The position numbers were made by a program, and so were the translations under genes. From an uncultured delta proteobacterium (GTDB taxonomy: Bacteria; Myxococcota_A; Polyangia; Fen-1088): 64,000 nt of DNA. How positions within the stretch are numbered: position 1 is the first letter of the stretch; every line of letters begins with the position of its first letter. Below are positions 38,327 through 51,900 of the stretch, in pieces. A model generated the notes under the pieces. That model ran no database searches and was not told the DNA's origin. It saw only the letters and a list, made by a program, of their open reading frames with translations. Location: positions 192,001 to 256,000 of the forward strand of contig CAVTRY010000021.1 in assembly GCA_963737265.1 (NCBI GenBank), given 5' to 3'.

Positions 38327-39289
38327 GTGCACACCGTTCTGGGACGCCACCAAATCCTCGCCAACCTGGGGCGAGCCTTGCGCGCGCCCGCGGTCGCGAT
38401 TGGCAACTTCGACGGCGTGCACCTCGGCCATCGGGCATTGCTCGATGAGGCAAGGGTGGTTGCGCGCTCGGCCGGTGGCGAAGCCGTGGCCTTGACGTTC
38501 GATCCACACCCCGCACGATTTTTCGCTCCCAAGCTGGCGCCGCCCATGCTGGCGCCGCTCGAACGCAGAATCGAGCTTTTGCACGACGCCGGGGCAGACG
38601 TGGTGCTGGTCGAGCCTTTCACTGCGGAATTCGCCGCGCTGCCCGCCGAGACTTTCGTCGAGCAGGTGTTGGCCAAGGACATTGGCGCGCAACACGTGGT
38701 GGTGGGCGCGGATTTCAGTTTTGGGAAGGATCGACGCGGCAGTATCGGCGTCCTCGCCAGCCTGGGCCAGCGCCTGGGCATCGGCCTATCCGTCGTTCCC
38801 CAGGTCACGGCGAGTGGACTCGTCTGCTCGTCGACGAAGATCCGCGAGTTCGTCCTTGAAGGGCGGGTGGAGGGAGCCAGCCTACTGCTTGGCCGTCCGT
38901 TTGAAATCGACGGCACCATCGTCCACGGCCTTGGGCGTGGGCGAACCCTGGGAGTGCCAACCGCCAACCTCAGGCAGGAGGGGGAAATCCTGCCCAAGCC
39001 CGGCGTGTACGCGGGTCGAGCGAGCCACCTTAGCGGCAACGGCACAGAAGCTTCCACTTGGTTCGCCGCCGCAATCAGCATCGGTGACAACCCAACCTTT
39101 GCCGCCAAGGGCGAGCCTGAGCTGCTCCTCGAAGCGCATTTGCTCGATTTCACGGGTGACCTCTACGACACGCGCATGCGCCTGGCCTTTCTTGCCCACC
39201 TGCGCGAACAGCGACGGTTTGCCTCGGTGGACGAGCTAGTCGCCGAGATAGGGCGCGACATCGCGCGGGTCAGGGAGATTTGCACATGA
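38327..39289 (+). CDS. ribF: Bifunctional riboflavin kinase/FAD synthetase
   Basis: 'GNFDGVHLGH', 'SSTKIR', 'GRTLGVPTAN', 'EAHLLDF'; TTGACG-17-TATCCC promoter. Confidence 0.96.
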   Translation: MHTVLGRHQILANLGRALRAPAVAIGNFDGVHLGHRALLDEARVVARSAGGEAVALTFDPHPARFFAPKLAPPMLAPLERRIELLHDAGADVVLVEPFTAEFAALPAETFVEQVLAKDIGAQHVVVGADFSFGKDRRGSIGVLASLGQRLGIGLSVVPQVTASGLVCSSTKIREFVLEGRVEGASLLLGRPFEIDGTIVHGLGRGRTLGVPTANLRQEGEILPKPGVYAGRASHLSGNGTEASTWFAAAISIGDNPTFAAKGEPELLLEAHLLDFTGDLYDTRMRLAFLAHLREQRRFASVDELVAEIGRDIARVREICT

Positions 39290-39765
39290 CCACGGATCGT
39301 CTTTACGAAACCGAGACCATGGCCGAGCTGTGCGCTCGCCAAGGCCGCATCGGCGAAGCCATTTCCATCTACCGCTCGCTCGCCGAGAGCGGACCGGACA
39401 CGGTCACGCGCACGCGCGCCCGGACACGCCTAGCGACGCTCGAATCGACCTGGCAGCCGCTGCGCGAGACCGAAGTCCCGCCCGCCGATATTCCGCTTCC
39501 CACCGAACCGGGCGTGGCGGTTCTGGTCGGCGACGATCAGGTGACCGTGGCGTGGGCGTTACCGAGCGAAACGTCGCCATTGGCGCTGGATGTCCTCGTC
39601 CTGCAAAAGACGAGCGCGGGCGTCGATGCGCAAAAAAAGCTGCTGCCCCTGGCTACCGCCACTGGCCGAATTGGCCTTTCGGTCCCTGGCATTCACTCTG
39701 CTGTCGCGGCCGCGGGAACCGTGCGCGCCGGCCGCTTCGTTCCTCTCGCCCGTTCAGGCAGCTAG
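39286..39765 (+). CDS. Hypothetical protein with N-terminal TPR-like motif
   Basis: 'TETMAELCARQG...EAISIYR.L'; ATGA overlap with ribF. Confidence 0.65.
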   Translation: MTTDRLYETETMAELCARQGRIGEAISIYRSLAESGPDTVTRTRARTRLATLESTWQPLRETEVPPADIPLPTEPGVAVLVGDDQVTVAWALPSETSPLALDVLVLQKTSAGVDAQKKLLPLATATGRIGLSVPGIHSAVAAAGTVRAGRFVPLARSGS

Positions 39766-39774
39766 AAACAGGCC

Positions 39775-39909
39775 TCAGGCTTCGGGCTTCAGGCTTCTTG
39801 TCTGGTCGACCTCGTCGCGCCCCTTCGCCGTCAGGTCGAGGTAGCGATAGGCGGTGTTCAGCATGTCCACGCTGCGGGCGTAGGTTGAATAGGTGTGGAT
39901 GATGAGCAA
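39775..39909 (-). pseudogene. DUF899 (thioredoxin-like) C-terminal fragment
   Basis: Translates to LLIIHTYSTYARSVDMLNTAYRYLDLTAKGRDE, matching the DUF899 'HTYS.YARG.D.L...Y..LDL.PKGR.E' signature. Confidence 0.7.
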
Positions 39910-39989
39910 AGGTTACGGTGTGATCGCGCCGTCCAGCAAATCCGCTTCCTTCGTGCGCATCTCCGTGACACGTTCTAGCTCTAACCATC

Positions 39990-42336
<2,347 letters not shown>

Positions 42337-42400
42337 CCTGGAAACCTACGCCAACGCGACTTAGATCGACCTCCGCTGAACTCGGCTATACTGCGGCGCC

Positions 42401-44005
42401 ATGATTCGTAGAACCGTCGTCCCGTTGGTGCTAACTGCGGTCACCTTGGGCGGAAGCGCCTGCACCATTCTGGTGCAAATCCCCACCACGCCACGGCTGC
42501 AAGGGCTGACCGAGGCGCAAGTCTTTTCCATGGCGCCACCGCCCGAATGGCCGGTTCCTCAACCAGACAATCCCGCCACCGCCGCCGTCGACGTAGCGTG
42601 CGGGGTTGGTCCGCTGCCCACCGACGGCTACCTATACGCGGCGGTCAGCGTGCGCGGCCGGCCCCCGACCGCAGCGTTGGCGCCGCTGAATGTCGCGCTA
42701 GTTTTGGATCGATCGGGTTCCATGGCCGGCGACCCGTTCCGCAACATGGTGGGTGCCGCAGAAACCTTCGTGAATCAGCTGCGCGACGGCGATCGCGTGT
42801 CCGTGATTGCCTTCTCCGACGGTGTTTTCGAGGCCGTTCCTTCGATGGTCATCGATCCCAATACCCGCAACCTGGCCATCGCCAGTATTCGCAGTCTACG
42901 CGACGGCGGCGGAACGAACTTTTCCGGCGGTCTTTTGGCCGGGCTCTTCGAAGTGTTCAGCGCCTTCCAGTTTTGGCAGGTCAACCAAGTGATCCTTTTC
43001 TCCGACGGACAACCCAACATCGGCATCACCAGCGCCGGTGAGCTGGCTCGCATCGCAGAGCTCGCCGCGGAGTCCGGCGTCAGCGTGACGACCATCGGCT
43101 TCGGCCAGGAGCACGACGAAATCCTCATGCAAGGCATCGCCGACGCCTCGGGCGGCTATTATTATTACGTCGATAAGCCTGGGGACTTCGCGCAGATCTT
43201 CCAGCGCGAGGCCGGCGCCATCCTACGCAGCGCCGCGCGCGCCACCGAGGTCGCGTTCACAGTTCCACCGGGCACCCAGGTCGAGGATGTCATCGGTTAT
43301 GACTACATCGTTGCTGGCGGCACCATTTGGGTTCGCATGGGCAGCATTCCGCACGGCGAAGAACGCTACGTCGTATTCAAGATGCGCTCGGGCGGGCAGG
43401 GCCACATGCCGATGAACATCGTCTACGCGGATCTGGCCCGCCGCGGCCGTTTTGGGGTTTCGTGCAGCTCGCGATTCGACGCCAAGCACGGCGGCAGCGA
43501 CGCGTGGGCGCTGGAGCTCGCCGGCCGAGCCGAGGCTGCGTGGGGCTTGCAAGAGGCGATGGCGTGGGCCGATGCGGGCAGCGAGGTGTTCGTGATTTCT
43601 CAGCTCGGTTACACCCGCGGTATCATCGCCAGCATGCGCGACGTGCTGGGGCAGCAAGCCCTGGCCGAGGAAGACAAGATGCTCCTCAATGCGCAGGTAG
43701 AGCTTGGCCTCAATGTCGCCGAGGGTGCCAAGACCTCGTTCATGAGCGGCGGCGTGAACGGCCTGCTCAACTTCGGCGCCCACCAAGCCGTCAGCAACGC
43801 TACCACGGCTGTCGCCTACAAGATCGACCATTCCTTCCGCGCGCGCATCCGCCCGACTGTAGCCGTCACCTTCCAGGGCAGCCCCGGCACGCGCTACGTC
43901 GCGCACGGCACGACCTACAAGCCGCGCGATCGCGACGCCAGCATCCGCTTCAAGCGCGCGCGCTGGAAGAGCTACGAAATGATGCGCGTGCGGCCACAGC
44001 ACTAG
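42401..44005 (+). CDS. VWA-domain lipoprotein
   Basis: Lipobox 'GSAC'; MIDAS 'DRSGSM', 'GGT', 'SDG'. Confidence 0.85.
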   Translation: MIRRTVVPLVLTAVTLGGSACTILVQIPTTPRLQGLTEAQVFSMAPPPEWPVPQPDNPATAAVDVACGVGPLPTDGYLYAAVSVRGRPPTAALAPLNVALVLDRSGSMAGDPFRNMVGAAETFVNQLRDGDRVSVIAFSDGVFEAVPSMVIDPNTRNLAIASIRSLRDGGGTNFSGGLLAGLFEVFSAFQFWQVNQVILFSDGQPNIGITSAGELARIAELAAESGVSVTTIGFGQEHDEILMQGIADASGGYYYYVDKPGDFAQIFQREAGAILRSAARATEVAFTVPPGTQVEDVIGYDYIVAGGTIWVRMGSIPHGEERYVVFKMRSGGQGHMPMNIVYADLARRGRFGVSCSSRFDAKHGGSDAWALELAGRAEAAWGLQEAMAWADAGSEVFVISQLGYTRGIIASMRDVLGQQALAEEDKMLLNAQVELGLNVAEGAKTSFMSGGVNGLLNFGAHQAVSNATTAVAYKIDHSFRARIRPTVAVTFQGSPGTRYVAHGTTYKPRDRDASIRFKRARWKSYEMMRVRPQH

Positions 44006-44033
44006 GCCTCCGCAAAAGGAGAAATCGTAGACG

Positions 44034-44696
44034 ATGCGCGGTTCGCTGCGGTTGCTTTTCCGCGACGAACACCTGGTCGTCGCGGACAAGCCCGCCGGGC
44101 TGGCGGTCCATCGCGGCTGGGCGCCAGAGCGCGACGTGGCGATGGTCCGCGTCCGCGATGCGCTGGGCGTGCACGTGTATCCCGTGCATCGCCTCGACCG
44201 CGGCACGAGTGGCACGCTGGTGTTCGCCCTGTCGTCAGAAGTCGCAGGTCTCTTCGCACAGCTGTTTGCGACGGGCGCGGTAGAGAAGACCTATCTAGCG
44301 CTGGTGCGTTCGGTACCGCCTGAAAATGGCGTCATCGATCATCCGTTGCCGCCCGGCGAGGCTCGCGGCGAAGCTCGGGTGCCCGCGCGTACCGCGTTCA
44401 TTCGCCGCGAGGTCTTCGGCCGCTACAGCCTGGTCGAAGCCAGGCCCGAGACCGGCCGCTTGCACCAGATCCGCCGCCATCTCAAGCACATCGCGTGCCC
44501 CATCATCGGCGATGTCCGCTATGGCAAGGGCGAACACAATCGCCTCTTTCGCGAGACCTTCGATCTGCACCGCATGTTCTTGCACGCAGCCCGCATCCGC
44601 TTCCCGCACCCCGTGACCGGCGCCATGCTCGACATGCACGCGCCGCTGCCGCCGGAGCTAGAAGCGACGTTGGCGCGCTTGCGCGCGAGACGTTAG
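44034..44696 (+). CDS. RluA/TruC-family pseudouridine synthase
   Basis: 'KPAGL', 'HRLDRGTSG', 'TGRLHQIRRH'. Confidence 0.92.
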   Translation: MRGSLRLLFRDEHLVVADKPAGLAVHRGWAPERDVAMVRVRDALGVHVYPVHRLDRGTSGTLVFALSSEVAGLFAQLFATGAVEKTYLALVRSVPPENGVIDHPLPPGEARGEARVPARTAFIRREVFGRYSLVEARPETGRLHQIRRHLKHIACPIIGDVRYGKGEHNRLFRETFDLHRMFLHAARIRFPHPVTGAMLDMHAPLPPELEATLARLRARR

Positions 44697-45295
44697 GTCA
44701 ACGCGACCCGCAGGGCTTCCGCCAAGGCGCGGAAGGCCGCCGCTCGATGGGACAGTTGGTTCTTCTGCGCAAGGCCGATTTCGGCCATGGTTTGGCCCAA
44801 GGGCGGAATCCAGAACAGCGGGTCGTAGCCGAAGCCGCCGCTGCCACGCGGGCTGAAGAGCAGAATCCCCTCGCAGGCGCCCGAGCGTACGACCTCCAGA
44901 CTTCGTCCGGCATCCACGAAGGCAGCGGCGCAGCGATAGCGAACCGTGCGCTTTTCCGCTGGTACCAACGCCATCTCGCGCAACATCTTCTCGTTGTTGC
45001 GAGCGTCGTCGCACGGTTCGCCGGCCCAGCGCGCGGAGCGCACACCGGGCGCCCCGCCGAGCGCGTCCACTTCAATACCCGAATCGTCGGCAATCGCCGG
45101 CAGGTGGCAGGCCACGGCGGCCTGACGTGCCTTGGCGATGGCATTGTCCTCGAAGGTGTCTTCGTTCTCGATTAGCTCGGCGTCAGGCGCCACGTCGTCG
45201 ATAGTAACCGCATCCAGGTCGAGGCCGGCTTCGGCCAGCAGCACGGAGATCTCACGCAACTTGTGCCCGTTGCGCGTGGCGACAACGATCTTCAC
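44693..45295 (-). CDS. rdgB: dITP/XTP pyrophosphatase
   Basis: 'ATRN.HK..E', 'ADDSG', 'GFGYDP', 'SHR'. Confidence 0.95.
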   Translation of the reverse strand: MKIVVATRNGHKLREISVLLAEAGLDLDAVTIDDVAPDAELIENEDTFEDNAIAKARQAAVACHLPAIADDSGIEVDALGGAPGVRSARWAGEPCDDARNNEKMLREMALVPAEKRTVRYRCAAAFVDAGRSLEVVRSGACEGILLFSPRGSGGFGYDPLFWIPPLGQTMAEIGLAQKNQLSHRAAAFRALAEALRVALT

Positions 45296-46005
45296 GGCAG
45301 CTTGGCCTCGGCCAGGGCCTGTCTTTGCAGGGCAAACAACTCGCCGGCGCCCTTTTGCGCCAGCGTCGCGAGCTTCTGATAGTCGTCCGGGGAAAAGGGC
45401 TCGCCCTCGGCCGTACCTTGGATCTCCACGAAGTTGCCGCTGTCGGTAAGCACGAAGTTGAAATCCACATCGGCGGAGGAATCCTCGGCGTAGGCTAGAT
45501 CCAGACGTGGCTCGCCGGCGACAATGCCAGTGGAAACGGCGCAGACCGCTCGCCGCATGGGATCCTTGGCAAGCTTCTCTTTGTGAACGAGGCGGCGCAC
45601 CGCCAGTGCCAACGCCACCCAGCCGCCGGTGATCGCCGCCGTGCGTGTCCCACCGTCGGCCTGAATCACGTCGCAGTCGATGGTGATCTGCCGCGGTCCG
45701 AGGCTTTTCACGTTAATTGCCGTGCGCAAGGCGCGGCCAATCAGGCGCTGAATCTCCTGGCCGCGCCCGCCTGGGTTGCGCCCCGACCGGGTGTGGGTCG
45801 AACGCGGCAGCATGGCGTATTCGGCCGTGATCCAGCCCTTGCCCTGCCCTTCCAAGAAGGGCGGGACCTTATTCTCCACGCTCGCGGTGCAGATCAATTT
45901 GGTTTCGCCAAATTCGACCAATGCCGAGCCTTCGGCATAGCGGTTGTAGTCCGGCGTGATTCGGACAGGCCGCAATTCATCGGATTTTCGACCATCGGGG
46001 CGCAT
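45292..46005 (-). CDS. rph: Ribonuclease PH
   Basis: '[11 protein letters not shown]', 'EIQRLIGR', '[12 protein letters not shown]'. Confidence 0.97.
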   Translation of the reverse strand: MRPDGRKSDELRPVRITPDYNRYAEGSALVEFGETKLICTASVENKVPPFLEGQGKGWITAEYAMLPRSTHTRSGRNPGGRGQEIQRLIGRALRTAINVKSLGPRQITIDCDVIQADGGTRTAAITGGWVALALAVRRLVHKEKLAKDPMRRAVCAVSTGIVAGEPRLDLAYAEDSSADVDFNFVLTDSGNFVEIQGTAEGEPFSPDDYQKLATLAQKGAGELFALQRQALAEAKLP

Positions 46006-46117
46006 GGCCGGGAGGATGGAAGTTGGTCACGCAACTGTCAACCACCGCGCTCGCGGCGGCCTAGCACCGAGCCCGCAAAGAAGTATTCCTGACGCGTAAC
46101 GATCTGGTACGTTCAAT

Positions 46118-47263
46118 GTGCAGTACCCGACCATGGCAGACGAAGCAGAAGCACGGCTCGGAACCAGACTCGGCAATTACGCCTTAAAGGAAATCATCGG
46201 CCGAGGCGGCATGGGCGTGGTCTACCGCGCCTCGCACATCTACATTCGCAAGCCCTTCGCCGTGAAGGTCCTGCACCGCCACCTATTCGAACAAGCGGGC
46301 GCCAAGGCGCGCTTCCTCGCGGAGGCACAAACTGCATGCCTGGTAGAACATCCCAATATCGTCGGCATTACCGATTTCGGCGAAGCTCCCGACGACACGA
46401 TCTACCTCGTCATGGCGGAGGCACCTGGCGTGGGTCTCGACATGATGCTGGAGCAGGAAGGCACGCTTCCGCTCTTTCGTGCCATCGGTGTGCTGAGCCA
46501 GGTCGCTCAAGCGCTGTCTGCGGTGCATGCCCGGGGCATCGTTCACCGCGACGTCAAACCAGAGAACATCATGCTGGCGCGAAGAATTGGACGACGCGAG
46601 CTCGTCCGCCAGGTGCGCCAAGCGTGGGACGGAGGCGGCTACTGCGAAACTGTGGAACCCGAGGAGTGCTTCGATCTCGTCACCCTGCTCGACTTCGGCG
46701 CGGCGAGGATGCTGCCGCCGAGCTTCCAAGCACGGGGTGAGCAAGCCCGCCTTTTTTGCACGCCGGCCTACGCCGCGCCCGAGACGGTGCAGGACGGATA
46801 CGCCGATGTGCGATCCGATATCTATTCGGTCGCCGTCGTGTTCTACGAGATGTTGACTGGACGGCTTCCCTTTGACGGCGATACGCCCGCCGAGATTTTA
46901 GCGCAGCAGATCGGCGCGCAGCCCAAGCCGCCGAGTCAGCGAAACCCGCACGTGGAAATTTCTCCCGAAGCCGAGCGCGTGATTCTGCGTGCGCTCGAAA
47001 AGGATGCCGAGCGGCGCCAGGCCACCATGGATGAGCTGTGGAAGGATCTGCAGCGCTGCTACGGTTCCATGCGCTGGCGCCGGCCGAACGCCGCGCTTGA
47101 GGGAGATCTGGACTTCGACACCTTGCGCGCGCCTTCTCAGGCCGCCCGCGCTGAAGTTCCCGGGCCGCTGCTGCTGACGAAACGCAAGCGCGACACTCAT
47201 CGCAGCGTCGTCGCTCCCGAAGACGACGCGACGCCGCCCCCGGCGCGCGTCCGGCACCCCTAG
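46118..47263 (+). CDS. Hanks-type Ser/Thr protein kinase
   Basis: 'GRGGMG.VY', 'AVK', 'HRDVKPEN', 'DFG', 'APE', 'SDIYS'. Confidence 0.92.
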   Translation: MQYPTMADEAEARLGTRLGNYALKEIIGRGGMGVVYRASHIYIRKPFAVKVLHRHLFEQAGAKARFLAEAQTACLVEHPNIVGITDFGEAPDDTIYLVMAEAPGVGLDMMLEQEGTLPLFRAIGVLSQVAQALSAVHARGIVHRDVKPENIMLARRIGRRELVRQVRQAWDGGGYCETVEPEECFDLVTLLDFGAARMLPPSFQARGEQARLFCTPAYAAPETVQDGYADVRSDIYSVAVVFYEMLTGRLPFDGDTPAEILAQQIGAQPKPPSQRNPHVEISPEAERVILRALEKDAERRQATMDELWKDLQRCYGSMRWRRPNAALEGDLDFDTLRAPSQAARAEVPGPLLLTKRKRDTHRSVVAPEDDATPPPARVRHP

Positions 47264-47297
47264 TGCCGTCGGCGAGAAATTCCGCGCCAGGTGGGCA

Positions 47298-47657
47298 TCA
47301 GGGGCCTTGTCGAGGCATGCACTGCCGGTAGGGCACGCCACCGGGACGCGTCGGGATCTCGCGACACTCCTCGCTGCGCGGGCAATCGGGATCCTCGGTA
47401 CAAGCCACGCCGATCGCCAGCCATCCGCCCGCCGCGAATACCGCCACGGCCCCGAGCGCCGTTGTCGCCATGCCAGCGGCGGCCACACCTCCTCGACCTT
47501 CGTGGTCGCCAACCACCCAGGCGGTTCCACCCACCGCGAGGAGCCCGGCGCCGATCGCGGCGAGCGTTTTCGGCCCCGAGTAGGGCCGCGCGCAACCGAC
47601 GCCTAGAGCGAGGACGAGTAGCAGGGACGTACTTGTGAAACGACGAACCGACACCAT
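47298..47657 (-). CDS. Small lipoprotein/membrane protein with Cys-rich C-terminus
   Basis: 'LGVGC' lipobox, two hydrophobic segments, 'CTEDPDCP..EEC...C'. Confidence 0.65.
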   Translation of the reverse strand: MVSVRRFTSTSLLLVLALGVGCARPYSGPKTLAAIGAGLLAVGGTAWVVGDHEGRGGVAAAGMATTALGAVAVFAAGGWLAIGVACTEDPDCPRSEECREIPTRPGGVPYRQCMPRQGP

Positions 47658-47780
47658 GTCTCGGGCATTGTGCCATGAAATGGGATCCAAACCGTGCGCC
47701 CAAAACACCGCCCCATGGGGTCGACCCGCGAGAACTGCCTGTCTACTTGGACCCGTGCCGGCATATGCTGAACACCACCC

Positions 47781-48995
47781 ATGCCTTCCAGTTCTCTGCC
47801 GATGGTACAGATAGGAGCCCGCGGCCGGGCCCGCGTGGTGAGCGGCCAACCGTGGATCTTTCGTCAAGACGTGATGACTGGGCCGCCGGATGACGCCAGA
47901 GCGGGCGGCCCGGCGTTGGTGCTGGTCACCGATGAGCGCAAGCGGCCGATTGCCATCGCAACCTGGTCCCTCGAATCGCCCATCGCGCTGCGAATCCTCG
48001 ATCGCCAGGTTCAAAAGTCGGGAAAACCTGACTTGCCCGACCTGCTGCTGTTTGTCGAAGCCCGCCTGGCGAGGGCCCGTGCTCGTCGGGCGGCGCTCGC
48101 GCTCGATCGCGACGCCTTTCGCGTGGTCCACGGCGAAAGCGACGGACTGCCCGGTCTGTTCGTCGACATCTACGCCGACGCGGCCGTCATGCAAACCACC
48201 TCGGTCGCCATGGACGCGCACCGAGGAGCTATCGCGGAGGTGGTGCAACGGGCGTTCGGCGTGCGCGTGGTCATTTCGCGCGATGATGGATCCGCGCGCG
48301 ACTTTGAGGGCCTTCGGCGGCTGAGCGAGGTAGTCCGAGGGCAAGGTGGTTCGGAGATTACCTACCGACTCGGCCCGAACGGGCTGACCGCTGACCTGCT
48401 CACCGACAGCAAGACCGGCGGTTTTCTCGATCAAGCCGACAACCACGCCCTGGTCGCGGCCTTGGCCCCGGTTGGCGCGCGCTGCCTGGACGCTTTCACT
48501 TACCACGGCGGATTTGCCCTGGCCCTGGCGCGCAAGGGCGGCCCCGTGCTGGCCACCGACGAGGATCCCAACGCCGTCGCACGCGCCACAGCGAATGCCG
48601 CCCGCAACGGCCTTGCCAATCTCACCGCGAAGCAGGCCAACGCCTTCGATTTGCTCCGTTCGCTGGAAGCGTCGGGCGACCGCTTCGATGTGGTCGTCCT
48701 GGATCCACCCGCCTTCGCCAAGCGCAAGAGTGGCGACAACGCGGCCGAGCGGGCATATCGGGAAATCATCCTGCGCGGATTGCGCCTGGCCGTTCCCGAC
48801 GGACTCGTGGTCGCGTGCTCCTGCTCGGGCCGGATTTCGCGCGAGCATTTCGATGCCATCGTCGCCGAGGCGAGCGCGGACAGTGGACGCCAAGTGCAAA
48901 TCTTGGCCCGCATGGGCGCGGGACGCGATCACCCGGAGCTCGCGGGCCTCCCGGAAACCGGGCATCTCAAGTGCTGGATCTTGCGCGTGCTCTAG
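47781..48995 (+). CDS. RlmI-like class I SAM rRNA methyltransferase
   Basis: PUA-like N-terminus, 'ESDGLPGL', 'KTGGFLDQ..N', 'LDPPAF'. Confidence 0.88.
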   Translation: MPSSSLPMVQIGARGRARVVSGQPWIFRQDVMTGPPDDARAGGPALVLVTDERKRPIAIATWSLESPIALRILDRQVQKSGKPDLPDLLLFVEARLARARARRAALALDRDAFRVVHGESDGLPGLFVDIYADAAVMQTTSVAMDAHRGAIAEVVQRAFGVRVVISRDDGSARDFEGLRRLSEVVRGQGGSEITYRLGPNGLTADLLTDSKTGGFLDQADNHALVAALAPVGARCLDAFTYHGGFALALARKGGPVLATDEDPNAVARATANAARNGLANLTAKQANAFDLLRSLEASGDRFDVVVLDPPAFAKRKSGDNAAERAYREIILRGLRLAVPDGLVVACSCSGRISREHFDAIVAEASADSGRQVQILARMGAGRDHPELAGLPETGHLKCWILRVL

Positions 48996-51900
48996 AACCA
49001 GACGCGTGCACCTAGGCGCCCGCTGATGGGCACTTGATAAGATGTCGCGTGAAGATAGTTAGGATTGTTAGGAGCGGCGAATCCCGCACTGCACGTGGTG
49101 CCTTTGGCACCGCAAGCGCTTCCGTTGTTGTCGGCTAGGGGAACTTGCGCCAGGTTAGTGCCAGGCGCTTGCGGCATCACCTGATCATAGGTGTACGTGT
49201 TATCCACGCTGAGCGCTGTCTTCTGGTTGAGGACATTGAAGATGTCGATGAATGCTTCGGCGGAGAGAGCCTTCGAGAGCTTGGTTCGATAGGCCAGGTG
49301 CACGTCGAGTTGGGTGACAAAGGGCGTGCGGCCCGCCGACCCGCGCGGTAGGATGAAAGTCTCGCCGGGCCCTTCAAAAGGCGCGGTGCCGACAGGCGTG
49401 ATGGGCTGCCCCGAATGTCCCATGAAACTAAGCCCGGGAGAAAGAGAGTGCTGGCCCCAAGCAAAGCGATAGTACCCGTCCATGTGGATCACGTGCGGCC
49501 GATCGTTTGGCAATGGCCCGTATCGATTCGCCGTCAATCCCTTGATGTCGTATTGCGTAGAGGCGTTCGGATCGAGCTGACCATTGTCCGCGTCATAGAG
49601 ACCGGTGTAATTACCGAACAGGCGCGAATAGGCATACGAGCCTGAGAAAAACCAGTTCTGGGCCAGCCGCTTGTTGGCCGTAAGCTGAAGCGCAGTGTAG
49701 GTCCGTTCCGGCTTGGGCCAGGTCGGATCGGTGATGTTGCCGAGGAGGTTCGGGCCAGTTGGGTTGCCCGTTATTGGGTCGGGGACAAGACTACCTCCCG
49801 TGTCCTCAATGATTCGGCCGAGCCAACGGCGGACGAACGAAGCTCCCACCACGAGATCGCGCAGCGCCTGGTATTGGCCGCCCACGACGACTTCATTGTT
49901 GTAGCTGCCTTTAATATTGGACTGTACCGGGAGTCGGCCGCCGCTAATTGGGAGCGAATCCAGAACTTGGTCTTTGCAGGCGCTCGAACTCCATGCCGTC
50001 GGCGGACAGGAAGGATTGTAGTCAGTCGACAAAGTGCCCCATCCTCCAAAAGCTCTTTCGGCCAGATCCATCGGGATCGACTCGTAGTACTGACCGTAGT
50101 GGGCGAATATCTTGGAGCGTCCTTCCTTTGTCGGGTCGTAAACCACGCCGATCCGTGGGGCGAAGGAATCGGTAATCGAGAGAGCGGTGTTGCCCATGTA
50201 GTCAGTCATCCGCTGCGTCTCCCAACGCACACCCAAGTTCACGGTCAAGTTAGGCACGGGCAGGTAGCTCTCTTCGATGAATGCACCGCTGTTGAATGCG
50301 CGGGTCGTGGAATCGGCTACGTCTTGATAGGTGTTATTCGGCGATTGAAAGAGTGTGTAAACCGTCGGCGCTGACTCGGGCATGCCGTTCGGAAGGGTAT
50401 TTCCCGTCGGAAGAACCAATACCGAACCACGCGATCCATCGATGCCAGAATTCCACACTTTGTCGCCGTATTGGTTGAATTCATAGTCGAGGCCGTACTT
50501 GAGCTCGTGCAGGCCGAGCGCCGTGAAAATGTTGGTACTCTTGACTTGTCCAGCCAGCCTGAAAGCCGAAACATCATGCATAATTCCGTATCCGCCCGAT
50601 TGGTATCCCTGCACCGGGCAACTTTGAAAACCCGTCACCGCGTCGTCCTGACACAACGGCGCCACTTGGGGGTTGAACTGCGCCAGCGACGGCGAATTGT
50701 ACCAATTCACATCATTCGCACTCTCGGCGTCGCCATAGGGCGAGCGTTGCGAGTAGCCCTCGGTGTGCAATCCCAAGGTGGCGTCGATGCGCCAGTGGCG
50801 CTGAAAGAACGCCGACTGCCAATGCGCGATGATGTCCTGGCGATTCGTCTGTTCCTGCGTCATGCCGGCCAAAAGATCCATGTTGGCACCGCGCATATAT
50901 TCCTGATCCTTGCGAATGCCGACCAGGCTCAGGCTCAGCGTGTGATCTGGCCGAATTCGCCAAGTTAGCTTGCCAGCGTAATTCTGTGTGGTCGACTCGC
51001 CGGGGATCACGCGGCTGAAAAGCGGCTGGACGACAGGCGACCCATCCGGGTTGGTGGCAAGCGTGCCGTCTCTCTCGACGAAGCGATCCGTGTACTGAAT
51101 GAAATTGCTGCGGCCGATCTCGGGCACGTAGCCCATCCATAGGAACAGCTTGTCCTTGATAATCGGGCCGCCGACTTCGACCCCCATTTGCGTGGTGTAA
51201 TCCGGCTGGGTGTTCCCGGTCAGAACGGTAGAGGTGCTCAAAATTCGCTGCTGACTTCCCGACATCCACCCCGGCTGGACCCAAGAAAACGCGCTTCCCT
51301 TCCATTCGTTGGTGCCCGACTTCAACGCCATGTTCACGACACCGCCCAAGGCGCGACCGTACTCAGCTCCGTAGCCGGCGCTCACGACCTCGGCTTCCTC
51401 GAGAAATGCCACGTTCAGGTTCGTCCCAAGCAGGCCATCCCGCAGCGACGTGACGTTGAGGCCTTCGAGGTAGTAAGCATTGTCCGCCCCTGTGCCGCCT
51501 GACAGCGAAACCCCAAAATTGCCCTGGTACCCGGTGGGCGTGTCGTCATAGGCGCCCGGCGTTTTCTGCATCAGCGACGCCACATCGGCACCGGCGTTGG
51601 GGATGCCATCGACAAAGTCCGCGCTGAAGGTGGTGCCGATACGCGACGAGCCCACGTCGATGGCGGGCGCACTGTAGGGGGCGGCGATGGTTTCGGCCTC
51701 CGCGGGAACCGCCGGCAGCCGCATGTTCACGCGCACCGTCTTGTCCACCGACACCGCCGCGTCACGCTCGGCAAGCACATCATTGCGGTGAAAGCGAATC
51801 GTGTAGCGCCCGATAGGCAAGGCGGTGAACTGATAACTGCCCTTGTCATCGGTCAGGGTCGCCAAGTCGCCTTCAGGCCCGCTGGCCACCACGGTCACAC

